A stretch of DNA of 53,122 bases, from contig DAFQ01000001.1 of the NCBI GenBank assembly GCA_002497985.1, positions 8,600 through 61,721 of the forward strand. The letters run 5' to 3'. This document shows positions 10,401-18,704 of the stretch, one piece after another. The number at the start of each line of letters is the position of its first letter. Position 1 is the first letter of the stretch. The translations under genes were made by a program, and so were the position numbers. Under the pieces are notes generated by a model. It had not been told where the DNA came from, ran no database searches, and saw only the letters and a program-made list of their open reading frames with translations. This DNA is from Euryarchaeota archaeon UBA4. GTDB lineage: Archaea > Thermoplasmatota > Poseidoniia > Poseidoniales > Thalassarchaeaceae.

Positions 10401-12709
10401 CTGACCCTCTAGACTGCCTGAGACTCAAACTCCTCGACATGCTGGGGTCCGAGGGCCCCCAGACTCTAGAATCACTGAGTGACAGGCTCCCATTCCCCCT
10501 GGCCCAGGTCGAATCTGTCCTACAGGAATTGGAGATGAGGAATCTAGTGTCAATAGGATTCTTCACTCAAACGGAAGAAGGCGAGTTTATCCTCAGAGTC
10601 GATGAATATAGAATCACAGGGGGAAGTGTAGATGTCGTCGACTATAGGACCCTGCAAACACTCCTGTTGCAGAAGTCCTTCACAAGATTCAGTGAGCCGT
10701 CAGAAGCGATACGCTCCCTCGCGCTCATTCAGAGAAGGGATGAGTTACTTCACAGGGTCGAGAACTATAGGTTCAGGGACTGGAAGGACATCAAGCACGA
10801 TCCCGACGTTTTCAACGGCAGGCTACTGCACAATAGGGTCGGCTACACAACCGGTGATCAACTACCAATGCTACAGGGACTCAGGACAGAGCCATGGCTA
10901 GGTGCCCTTGAGAACGAACTCTTGGAAAAGATTCCAGATGAAGGAATAACTCGGACGGAACTGTTCTCACAATACCCCCGGGGAAAAGAGAATCAGCACA
11001 TTCAGAAGAGCCTCAAGAGGGCCCTGGCAAACTTGGAGAGGCAGTTAGTTGTCGCCAAGCAATTCCTCGACATGCCAAATAGGAGGAGATCCGTTGCAAT
11101 CTTCAGGAGGGTGCACGGCGTCATCGAGGCCATGCCATTCCCACAGGCACTTTCCACTCTCATAAGGAAAATCGGGCCTGTCAGGTTACACACTCTGAGA
11201 TTCTTCGTCAGCAGACCCGTTGAGGAATTGGCCGAGGTTCTGAGGGATCTGGAATCAGATGGAAGCATTTGTCGTGTTGTGGCCCTGCAACCTGATCCCA
11301 CTGACTACTACGCATCACACGAGGATGCTGAGAGACTGCTATCTCCCATGCCCGAGGATAGGAAGATGAGGATTCTCTCTCAATCCGACCCCTTCTGCAG
11401 CAGATTCATCCAAGAGGTCCGGATGATACTCAAGCAGGGATGGTACCATCCCGTATTCAAGGGAGTAGACCCAATAGGCAGGATCCTAATGTTCGTTGTC
11501 AATGACTATCTCGAAATCAAGGACATCAACATACCCCACTCCTATCTGGATGAGTTCAAGACTGCTTTCAGTGACTTACTAGACAATTACAGAGATAGGT
11601 TAGTCGACGTTTCGGTAATCCATGCCTTCAACGGAGTACCAGTGCATGACTGCGACGAGAATATACAATCGATACTTTCCGAATTGGGATTCTCATCCAT
11701 GGGCGACGAGGAGAGATACATCAGGGGGGGAGTCGTCGAACCACGCCCCCGTCAGGAGATCAACAGGAGGCTATTCCATAGGCACAATGTGCACCAGTCC
11801 AGTAGGTGGGAGAATGAGACGTTCGCACTGAAAGAAATCGACGAGCTCAGAGATGACTTCGCATTGAGAGGGAGGTGCGAGATGTTCAGAGTAGACCTCC
11901 AATCTATGGCTGCAACCGAGCAATTACACCAGGGGACTAATCTCAGAGGTCACCAAGTTTGGGCCAGGTTGCCACATTTCCAGAGATTGCTAACCATCAG
12001 GAACATGCAACCCGAAGAGGATGAGCTGGGAATTCTCGAATTCTTCAGCAACCACAACGATCCTTCGGTTTTCATGGAGAGACTCGCCATGAAAAGAGGA
12101 GAGTTCAGGAAACTGATTTCTCCCCTCGTTAGGAGTGGGCACCTTGTCCAAGACTATCGTGGCGGCTTCAAGACCGTGAAGTCCCTGAAAGGAGAGGATC
12201 TGTGGAAAGTAAAGAGCGACTACCTGAGAGACATGGTTGAGGAGTACCCAGTAATCACCATGAAGCAATTCGAGAGGCTTGCTGGGACTCCATTCGCTCC
12301 CGAGGAGATTAGCGACGTCCTGCATGAGTTTGAGGAGGATGGGACCTTGATCAAGGGATTCCTGGTCGATGACCAGCATGACATCTCTTGGGGTCGCAAG
12401 GACCTCCTCGAAGTCGAGGGAATTTCCCGAACCAGAGATCTTGTTATACCCCCTTCTGACTCACTAATACACTACTTCGGAGGGACGCTCAGAGAGAAAT
12501 TCGGTTTTGGCTCGGCTTACCTTGTGTTCCACAAGGAGGAACCCATTGCCGCATTCAAGGCCAACACAAGGAATGGCACGATCGACGTAACTGATTTCGT
12601 AGGCGACTCGGAGCTAGAAAAGGAAGCGCTCAGGGTGATGAAGGAGTTCGCATGGGAGCATCAGATGCCCCTGACTGGCGAGCTCTATGAGAAATTGAGG
12701 TCAAGATGA
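7421..12709 (+). CDS. lhr: Lhr-family superfamily-2 helicase with a very long C-terminal extension
   Basis: The N-terminal VRNWFTDKFPDFTEPQ matches the Lhr N-terminus. Motif I is CSPTGSGKTLTAF, motif II is IIDEMHSL, and motif VI-like is QRIGRAGH. About 850 further residues include winged-helix-like/AlkZ(YcaQ)-like stretches (MRILSQSDPF...GWYHPVFKGVDPIGRILMFV). The ORF opens at GTG 7409. ATG 7421 is preceded by AGGTG at 7407-7411. Confidence 0.85.
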   Translation: MPIIEYVEDRMETEELLENLSQPVRNWFTDKFPDFTEPQKVAIPRILKGEHLLLCSPTGSGKTLTAFLTIIDDLVRKSLDGSLSDSVQCVYISPIKALANDIQKNLIGPLEEIKERYLPSRAKEIKVGLRTGDTPQNEREKMLRKPPHILITTPESLALGLASKRFRPILDEMKWLIIDEMHSLVPTKRGTHLSLSMALMDSVVSSEVQRIGISATMEPLDAVAEFLVASDSREREEEKQKVAIAKISGDRELDLDIILPTPRFSSTPVKEILDHNIDRIKELVEAHTTTLVFVNTRNMTETFVQKLKIAGLEGVEGHHGSMDKAIRLDVERQLKDGLLRCVVSSSSLEMGIDIGSVDLVIQVGSPGSIATALQRIGRAGHQVDGLPRARFLPTSSHDLLELVALQTAILEGEMDLLKFPENSLDVLAQFLIGLTIIKEWDIDDAYDLVTSSWPYRELPKGDYIEVLDMLDEERRLWLDWEEDRFGKRGFAQMIYYTNIGTIAPDNNYLVFTGDGTLVGQLSSSFVSSLRNGDVFLLGGSTYRVASIRGTRVNVTPATGYRPTIPSWTGEANSRTHELSQAVLNLLGHVSIGIRMGEDSEPLLTNALGLNRPVALALKQFLDEHSATTFQVPSNDRILVEQVEAPLPTYVVTTCRGRAFNLALGYLFAGIATQDNVIVHELSFDENGFMAKLSHEVEISKIPEVFRNDTSEEVLQRYMMDSQLFAKRFREVSSRSMLNPRRIGSEEVSPKQYQQKAEAIMTKHRQMEESVIIREAMNEILNGDLDMKQLRNFISRMDSEDVRIVHRRVKMPSPLGMTLFMSAFEDLLSLRTRAYLIKDVDPEILRRLLGARSLATDLDKEKIAEYYQSKVAKPNDAISLLRLMDMGGGLERELTNPLYNSKLSDIEIPTIRSWVHELAERGLITKVRNTNHEQIDDKWFSMRMASVHGTLGCLAVAGASEMDDLRSLYTGGMTYEIAEGFVGSEPKSWNQSNLSDPLDCLRLKLLDMLGSEGPQTLESLSDRLPFPLAQVESVLQELEMRNLVSIGFFTQTEEGEFILRVDEYRITGGSVDVVDYRTLQTLLLQKSFTRFSEPSEAIRSLALIQRRDELLHRVENYRFRDWKDIKHDPDVFNGRLLHNRVGYTTGDQLPMLQGLRTEPWLGALENELLEKIPDEGITRTELFSQYPRGKENQHIQKSLKRALANLERQLVVAKQFLDMPNRRRSVAIFRRVHGVIEAMPFPQALSTLIRKIGPVRLHTLRFFVSRPVEELAEVLRDLESDGSICRVVALQPDPTDYYASHEDAERLLSPMPEDRKMRILSQSDPFCSRFIQEVRMILKQGWYHPVFKGVDPIGRILMFVVNDYLEIKDINIPHSYLDEFKTAFSDLLDNYRDRLVDVSVIHAFNGVPVHDCDENIQSILSELGFSSMGDEERYIRGGVVEPRPRQEINRRLFHRHNVHQSSRWENETFALKEIDELRDDFALRGRCEMFRVDLQSMAATEQLHQGTNLRGHQVWARLPHFQRLLTIRNMQPEEDELGILEFFSNHNDPSVFMERLAMKRGEFRKLISPLVRSGHLVQDYRGGFKTVKSLKGEDLWKVKSDYLRDMVEEYPVITMKQFERLAGTPFAPEEISDVLHEFEEDGTLIKGFLVDDQHDISWGRKDLLEVEGISRTRDLVIPPSDSLIHYFGGTLREKFGFGSAYLVFHKEEPIAAFKANTRNGTIDVTDFVGDSELEKEALRVMKEFAWEHQMPLTGELYEKLRSR

Positions 12710-13681
12710 GCTCTTTGCCCCTTTTCCACTCACAATGTCCATTATCGGTTTCAGAATCTTGAGGATGTGCTTATGTAGCTCAGGGAGAAGGTCGAATAGT
12801 GCTATTGCCATCAGAAACATCGCAAATAGGCTTGCGAACTTTGCAGCATAGCTATGGGTGAAGTCAAACATCCCTATTCCCAATAAGCTCCACTCCACAT
12901 ACGTGTCACTAAGCCAAACTATGCCCGCATTCCTGAAGACGTTTAGCACGTGAATTGTTGGTAGTACAATCAGCAAGGCCCTGGCTCGGCGCTTCCATGG
13001 TACGGAACCAAGGGCGAAAATAGCACCGACGAAGATTATCATCGATTGTAGACCAGAGCACGCGAGAATGAAACTTACACTGACTGGAGTTCCATCAGAA
13101 TGATTGAGTGGTACGAAGAAACCGTTTTCCCCTAGTGGCTCAGTCAGGAACCATTTGCTACCTTCCCATTGGGATGCAAGCACCTCGCCCTCTGGCAAGT
13201 CAACTCTCATCAGGCCAACTTCGTATGACCCCAGTCCTGCAAACTCTAGAAGCCACTCTGTACTATTAGCAGTGAAACTGACAAATGCCATGTTCAAAAC
13301 AGGGATGCTGTATACTGTGTAGTAAGGTATCACTGACCATACAACGGCACCTCTGAGCCAGACAAGTGACTCCGGCGCTGTTTCCCAGTTGCGAACCTCC
13401 CAAACCCCCAATGCTATTCCTGCCGGTAGGGCACCTGCCGTCATTGCCACTAAAATCGGATCAGAAATCTCTACGAAATGAGATGACTGTAAGTAAAAGA
13501 AGAGTCCCAAGAGGGACCACCCCACAGCTGAGCTATACGGCGCATAAGCTCGATCCCTTAGGTGAAAACCGACGCCTAGGAGAATCGCTCCGAACCAGCA
13601 GAATGAGAGTCCGAGTGTGAATTCTGTAACTCCGATGGCCCCTGCGATTGACCCCACTAGTGCCCCCACAGGCTCCTCCAT
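12701..13681 (-). CDS. archaeosortase-family transpeptidase (exosortase/archaeosortase superfamily)
   Basis: This is a polytopic membrane protein. It carries the family signature residues in the expected order: Cys in FILACSGLQSMIIF, Arg in NVFRNAGIVWL, and His in FDFTHSYAAK. The track ORF reaches 13744 and would overlap the divergent gmhA start, so ATG at 13681 (MEEPVGAL) is more plausible. Confidence 0.72.
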   Translation of the reverse strand: MEEPVGALVGSIAGAIGVTEFTLGLSFCWFGAILLGVGFHLRDRAYAPYSSAVGWSLLGLFFYLQSSHFVEISDPILVAMTAGALPAGIALGVWEVRNWETAPESLVWLRGAVVWSVIPYYTVYSIPVLNMAFVSFTANSTEWLLEFAGLGSYEVGLMRVDLPEGEVLASQWEGSKWFLTEPLGENGFFVPLNHSDGTPVSVSFILACSGLQSMIIFVGAIFALGSVPWKRRARALLIVLPTIHVLNVFRNAGIVWLSDTYVEWSLLGIGMFDFTHSYAAKFASLFAMFLMAIALFDLLPELHKHILKILKPIMDIVSGKGAKSSS

Positions 13682-13705
13682 ATGGGTCAATGAGTCATCA
13701 ACCCG

Positions 13706-13712
13706 TAAATAT
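13706..13712. promoter_or_regulatory. TATA-like element (TAAATAT) in the 61-nt divergent spacer between the archaeosortase gene and gmhA
   Basis: This is the only AT-rich heptamer in spacer 13682-13742. Its centre lies about 28 nt from the minus-strand ATG (13681) and about 34 nt from the plus-strand ATG (13743). That geometry is compatible with leaderless or short-leader archaeal transcripts in both directions. Confidence 0.3.
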
Positions 13713-13742
13713 GATGCCCTCGACGGATAGCCGGGCAAGCAC

Positions 13743-14312
13743 ATGTCGTTCGACTTCGAGGAGTTCGCGAATTCCTATATTTCAGACCTGAGGGAGACTC
13801 TTGGGAATCTCCCTATGGGCCCATTATTCGACTTCTGGAGAATGGTGGAGGAAACCCGATCATCAGATGGAAGTGTGCACTTCATCGGTAACGGGGGAAG
13901 CGCCGCTACTCCGTCCCACAGCGCAGGAGACTGGTCCAAGGAACTGTCTCTGAGGACCATCTCTCATTCAGACAATACCTCGTCCCTCACCGCATGGGCG
14001 AATGACACGGATTATTCCAATGTCTTCGTCGGCCAACTTTCGACTTTCATCAGAGAGGGGGACATGGTAGTAGCATACAGTGGCTCAGGTAACTCTGAAA
14101 ATGTGCTAAATGGCATATCATTTGCCAAGGAAAGTGGATGCTCCACTGCTGCCATCACTGGAAACTACGGAGGAAACTCCGGTGGCCCATTGGCTCAAAT
14201 GGTGGATATTGCAATTGTCGTCCCAACAACTTCTATGGAGAGAATTGAAGATGTGCAACTGGTGATAAACCACATCATCAAGGAAGCCGTGAAGTCGAAC
14301 AATGGGTTGTGA
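13743..14312 (+). CDS. gmhA: SIS-domain phosphoheptose isomerase (GmhA-like)
   Basis: FIGNGGSAATPSHSAGDW and AYSGSGNSENVLNGI match the GmhA/SIS signature. At about 190 aa the length is typical. Confidence 0.8.
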   Translation: MSFDFEEFANSYISDLRETLGNLPMGPLFDFWRMVEETRSSDGSVHFIGNGGSAATPSHSAGDWSKELSLRTISHSDNTSSLTAWANDTDYSNVFVGQLSTFIREGDMVVAYSGSGNSENVLNGISFAKESGCSTAAITGNYGGNSGGPLAQMVDIAIVVPTTSMERIEDVQLVINHIIKEAVKSNNGL

Positions 14313-14949
14313 TTCAATGCTCCCGCCTCAGAGGGACTCGGGCAAACTCACACAGCCCTTGGATTTACTCCCACTTCCTAATGGAATCGCGTGGGGAGGA
14401 AATATCGCTTACCTGGATAGGGATGGCGTGATTATCAGGGGTTTCGAGGACTACGTCAACACAGTAGACGAAATCGAGGTCCTACCCCTGGCTCCCTCGT
14501 CCATAGGGTCCCTTCGTAGATCCGGTTTCAGAGTTTGCGTGGTAACCAATCAGTCGCCAATCGGAAGGGGAATCTGGTCCAGGGAGAACCTCGCCTCGAT
14601 TCACGCCGAGACTAGAAGGCTTCTTCTTCTTGAGGATGCAGACGCTCACCTTGACCTCATATTGCACAGTCCATATGCACCTTGGGAGAACTCTTGGGCG
14701 AGGAAGCCAAATCCCGGGATGCTGGAAGCATCAAGGCAAATCATGGATTTTGCTCATAGAGACCCATCACTGTCAGAACTGAGGATCATGTTTGGTCACG
14801 AGTGGGATAACAGACCATCCGAGGAAGGCTCCATAATGGTGGGAGACAGGAATGTCGACATGAAAGCCGCGGATGCATTCGGAGTCAGGGGAATCAGGTG
14901 TGATCCAGATGAGGGAATTGGCGGGGTTTTCGACTCTATCGAGGGGTGA
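14302..14949 (+). CDS. gmhB: HAD-family D,D-heptose 1,7-bisphosphate phosphatase (GmhB-like)
   Basis: The HAD motifs appear in order: YLDRDGVII (motif I), VVTNQSPIGRG, ARKPNPGML, and VGDRNVDMKAADAFG. The gene overlaps the gmhA stop by 11 nt. An alternative ATG lies at 14317. Confidence 0.8.
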   Translation: MGCDSMLPPQRDSGKLTQPLDLLPLPNGIAWGGNIAYLDRDGVIIRGFEDYVNTVDEIEVLPLAPSSIGSLRRSGFRVCVVTNQSPIGRGIWSRENLASIHAETRRLLLLEDADAHLDLILHSPYAPWENSWARKPNPGMLEASRQIMDFAHRDPSLSELRIMFGHEWDNRPSEEGSIMVGDRNVDMKAADAFGVRGIRCDPDEGIGGVFDSIEG

Positions 14950-16211
14950 TTGGGTTGACAGATGGGCAACGCATTACAGCAATCATTGGACTCGACGACA
15001 CCGACCATCCCGAGACAGGTTGCACCACTCATTCCTTCGACTCACTATTGCAGAATATTTCTGACAGTAAAATGTTCGATGTTACTGAGCGAAGGCTTGT
15101 GAGACTCTGGCCATTCGCCTCTAGGAGGACTAGGGGCAATGGGGCTCTGTCTGCGATTGTGAAGATCGACGGCGATTCAGCAACTGAATTGGAGGATTTG
15201 TGTAGCGAGTGGTTCGATGAGTTGGCATTGTCCATTTCTAATCATCCCGATGAAGGCATACCCGCATCTCCATGTTTGGCAATTTCGTACAAGCATCCCC
15301 CTGAGTCGTGGTACTGGGATTCGGTAAGGGGACAGGTAGATTTGGAAAAGAGGAAATCAGAGGCTTCTGAATTCGGCCTCAAGATTTTCTCATTGGACGA
15401 GGGCTGGGGAATTATCGGTGCTAGTGCAGCAATATCATGGATTCCAGATCAAGACTCCTCATGGGAATTGGTAGCTTGGAGGGATGACGAAAAGGTAGGG
15501 ACAAATAGAGATGTCAGCCACGAGTCCGTCAGTGAGATGGCTAAGAAACACCCAGAGACCTTCCTAAACAGGGATCCCACCAAGGGAAAGGGAATGATAG
15601 CCCCTAGAACTCCATGTCCTGTATTGTATGGTATCAGGGGAAGCACATGCGAAGCAGTGTCTGAAGCACATAAGTGGATGCAGGAAAGAGGAGATGTGGA
15701 GAGCAGTTCGTCATGGGCCCCACATAGGACCAATCAGTTGTCAGACGATCACTTGACTGGAATATGCAGTGGGACCGTGCTCATGCCTCCATCAGAGGGA
15801 AGAGGGGCCCACACTCATCTGAGCGTCATATCCGGCGGAAGCACACGCCAACTGGTCGTATTCAAGGAAGGCGGCCACGTCAACAGGCTCGTCAGACAAT
15901 TGAATACGGGTGATAGAATCAACTGGCTCGGTCTCGAGTCACCCGATGGCTCCATACATCTGGAGAGGGTTTCAGTCAAATCTGCCGTCCCGAGAATCTC
16001 ATCTCGCCCATCATGCTGTGGCAGGACCATGAGGAGTGCTGGCAGGGGACAGCCTCTAAGATGCCTCGTTTGTGGTGAGAATTCAGAGAAATATTGGGTT
16101 TCCAAACCATGGTCTCCTTCTGGGGTCTCCTCAATTTCGGGATGGTACGAACCCACTCCATCTCAGAGGAGGCATCTCGCAAAGCCACTAAATCAAGGAA
16201 TTCCCTCATAG
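14946..16211 (+). CDS. tiaS: tRNA(Ile2) 2-agmatinylcytidine synthetase TiaS
   Basis: The N-terminal IIGLDDTDHPETGCTTH is the TiaS kinase-like domain signature. A C-terminal zinc ribbon is present (CCGRTMRSAGRGQPLRCLVCGE). The GTG start overlaps the gmhB stop (GTGA). Confidence 0.85.
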   Translation: MIGLTDGQRITAIIGLDDTDHPETGCTTHSFDSLLQNISDSKMFDVTERRLVRLWPFASRRTRGNGALSAIVKIDGDSATELEDLCSEWFDELALSISNHPDEGIPASPCLAISYKHPPESWYWDSVRGQVDLEKRKSEASEFGLKIFSLDEGWGIIGASAAISWIPDQDSSWELVAWRDDEKVGTNRDVSHESVSEMAKKHPETFLNRDPTKGKGMIAPRTPCPVLYGIRGSTCEAVSEAHKWMQERGDVESSSSWAPHRTNQLSDDHLTGICSGTVLMPPSEGRGAHTHLSVISGGSTRQLVVFKEGGHVNRLVRQLNTGDRINWLGLESPDGSIHLERVSVKSAVPRISSRPSCCGRTMRSAGRGQPLRCLVCGENSEKYWVSKPWSPSGVSSISGWYEPTPSQRRHLAKPLNQGIPS

Positions 16212-16227
16212 TGATCGGAGATATGTT

Positions 16228-16440
16228 ATGTCGACCACCACTGAAACAACTCTTCAGATAATTCTGAGTTTAACCGCATTGACTCTTTTTTACATGCTTC
16301 TGCGGAGCAGATCCAAGGATTCTCCAGAAGACGAAGAAGACTACTCGGGGTCGGCCAGGGATCCAGATTCCCTGTCTGACCCGACCCCCGAGGCACTATC
16401 GGAACTGGATAGACTGATTCAGAAAAGATCAGACAGGTGA
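16228..16440 (+). CDS. small hypothetical membrane protein (one TM helix plus acidic tail)
   Basis: The ATG lies 17 nt after the tiaS stop. LQIILSLTALTLFYMLL forms a TM helix, followed by an acidic, Pro/Ser-rich tail. There is no homology signal. Confidence 0.35.
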   Translation: MSTTTETTLQIILSLTALTLFYMLLRSRSKDSPEDEEDYSGSARDPDSLSDPTPEALSELDRLIQKRSDR

Positions 16441-17001
16441 GAGCCCCCGTTCCCCCATTGTAAGGAGACTCTCCCCTGACTCCTCGGAGAGAACTCTCAT
16501 TGATTCTCTGCGTGGGTGTCTATGGAGCATTACTGTACGAAAATTACGGGAAATTAAATCCCCTCCCCTGGCAATAAGTTTCGGACCGGATCCAGACGCA
16601 TTTCCCACGGCTGATGACGACACAATAACTCCACATTTCGAACTCTCAAGTATTCTGATCAAAGAACCCTTGACTTCCTTCTTTGGTCTGCCAACCGGTT
16701 CACACCAATCATCAATAACAAGTAAGTCCCCCTCCCCCATTAGTTTCAAATTGTCCAATATTACGTCTTCAACGACCGGCAGGTAGTCCCCGAACTCAAT
16801 TATCTTGAAGTTGACTAGTTGGGACCTATCTACTCCCTCGAAAATAATTGAGAATCTACCTGGGTCGGGAGCTCTCATGCAGGACCAGATAACAGAATTC
16901 CCACTTTCTATGGCGGTTCTAGCAATATTCATGCAAAAAGTGGACTTTCCTGCTCCCGGTTCGCATGAAAGATGCACATCCCCCTCATTCAGATCTATCA
17001 C
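16429..17001 (-). CDS. RecA/KaiC-superfamily P-loop ATPase (short, single domain)
   Basis: Walker A is SCEPGAGKSTFCMNIA and Walker B-like is DLLVIDDW, on a 190-aa protein with a GTG start. It resembles the KaiC/RadB-like ATPase core. I cannot assign a subfamily by eye. Confidence 0.6.
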   Translation of the reverse strand: MIDLNEGDVHLSCEPGAGKSTFCMNIARTAIESGNSVIWSCMRAPDPGRFSIIFEGVDRSQLVNFKIIEFGDYLPVVEDVILDNLKLMGEGDLLVIDDWCEPVGRPKKEVKGSLIRILESSKCGVIVSSSAVGNASGSGPKLIARGGDLISRNFRTVMLHRHPRRESMRVLSEESGESLLTMGERGLSPV

Positions 17002-17095
17002 ACTCTCCCCACCGTATCTTTACGAATGAGCATTACTGAGGATTATCGAGCATTTCCCTGCGAAGGATATAGTACGTCCACTCGTAGTCCGGTGC

Positions 17096-17317
17096 ATGAG
17101 CGGCACGTCACGAGGCAACGAGAGAATCCCACGAAGGCCACTCCCGCACTTTGAAGAGACAGAGTCTGGAATGATCGAAGGCATATCTGAGTCAGGATTC
17201 CTCAAAGTAGCCCTAGACGACGCCAATCAATACGGCCCCCACGCAATGATTGTGCTACTGGGAATCGTGGCTGCAGCAACGGCCGCAATCCTGATGATTG
17301 CAATGTTCGCATTCTGA
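17096..17317 (+). CDS. small hypothetical tail-anchored protein
   Basis: The ORF is 73 codons with an ATG start and a C-terminal hydrophobic helix (AMIVLLGIVAAATAAILMIAMFAF). Its stop abuts the purB stop. The evidence is weak. Confidence 0.25.
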   Translation: MSGTSRGNERIPRRPLPHFEETESGMIEGISESGFLKVALDDANQYGPHAMIVLLGIVAAATAAILMIAMFAF

Positions 17318-18664
17318 CTAAAGGATTCCTCGGGCGATTGAAACTGCATTGTCCACGAGTTCCCCCGAAACACCGAGATGACCACTCGGGTCGAACAGAT
17401 CATTCAGCTGTTCTTCGTCAAAGATTGAAGATATGGACTCTGAATTGGAGCACACGTCTTTCAGATGCATGCCCTTGTCCATTGCTTCCATAGACGCGCC
17501 TCGTAGAACTTCGTGAGCTTCGTCTCTGGGCATCCCCGAGTCAACCAGGGCCAGCATCAGCCTCTCTGCCATAACTAGCCCGTTCTGACTCTCGATGTTC
17601 TCCATCATTCTTTCACGGTTAACAGCCAACCTGGAAAGTACTCTGTTGCACTTGTCGAGGATATCGTCCAGTAGGATCATCGAGTGCGATAGGGTGAATC
17701 TTTCAGATGAGGAGTTGGCCAAGTCCCTCTCATGCCACAAAAGAGCATTTTCGTAGGAGGGGATGATCATCGACCTAACTATTCTGGCCAAACCGCAGGC
17801 GTTTTCCGCGGTTATCGGATTCTTCTTGTGTGCCATAGTGGAAGAACCGACCTGCTTCTTGACGTCAAAGGACTCTGCCACTTCCCCAATCTCGCTTCTC
17901 TGTAGATTCCTAACTTCCTGGAGGATCTTCTCAACACTCGTTGCGACATTTGACATCCAACCGACCCACTCGATATATCGGTCCCTACCGACAACCTGTG
18001 TCGTCGCTATGGGAATCCCCAGCCCTAGCTCAGTGAGGATGAGGCTCTGTAATTCGATAGCCCTCTCACCTTGAGCAGCTCCAGTTCCAACAGCACCCAG
18101 GAACTTTCCAGTGGTTGCTCTCGGTGAAAGCTCCTCGAGCCTCTCCATATGCCTCCTAAACTCATCTATCCATACTGCGACCTTGAGTCCGAATGTGATT
18201 GGCACGGCTGCCTGTCCATGAGTCCTTCCGAGCATTATCGTATCACGCTCTCTCTCAGCCATGTCGCACATTGTCGAGATGAGGGATCGAACCATCTCCT
18301 TCTGTAACTCTATGCTATGCTTAATCTGCAATGCGACGGCCGAGTCGACAATATCGTTACTTGTCGCCCCGAGGTGGATGCACCACCCAGCCTCCCCCGC
18401 AACCTCTGCCATTGCCTTCGTAAGCGCCATTATGTCGTGCCGTGTCTCAGCCTCAATCTCGTCTACTCTATCTGCTGTTACTATTCCGGGGTCAGAAATG
18501 TCAGCAATCATATCATAGTGCTCAGGGCTGACTCTCCCCATCTTGCTATGCGCCCAAACTAGGGCCCTCTCAACCTCCAGTTGCCTAGAGTGCCTCCCTT
18601 CTCGAGACCAAATCGACTTCGCTTCATCACGGCCATAACGATAGTCTAGAGGTGATACTGACAT
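17318..18664 (-). CDS. purB: adenylosuccinate lyase
   Basis: The N-terminal SPLDYRYG and the fumarate-lyase signature GSSTMAHKKNP are both present. At 448 aa the length fits. Confidence 0.95.
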   Translation of the reverse strand: MSVSPLDYRYGRDEAKSIWSREGRHSRQLEVERALVWAHSKMGRVSPEHYDMIADISDPGIVTADRVDEIEAETRHDIMALTKAMAEVAGEAGWCIHLGATSNDIVDSAVALQIKHSIELQKEMVRSLISTMCDMAERERDTIMLGRTHGQAAVPITFGLKVAVWIDEFRRHMERLEELSPRATTGKFLGAVGTGAAQGERAIELQSLILTELGLGIPIATTQVVGRDRYIEWVGWMSNVATSVEKILQEVRNLQRSEIGEVAESFDVKKQVGSSTMAHKKNPITAENACGLARIVRSMIIPSYENALLWHERDLANSSSERFTLSHSMILLDDILDKCNRVLSRLAVNRERMMENIESQNGLVMAERLMLALVDSGMPRDEAHEVLRGASMEAMDKGMHLKDVCSNSESISSIFDEEQLNDLFDPSGHLGVSGELVDNAVSIARGIL

Positions 18665-18704
18665 GATTCCCCGTGTCGTTCCGACCCCCGTCCCCTGTTT
18701 GAGT

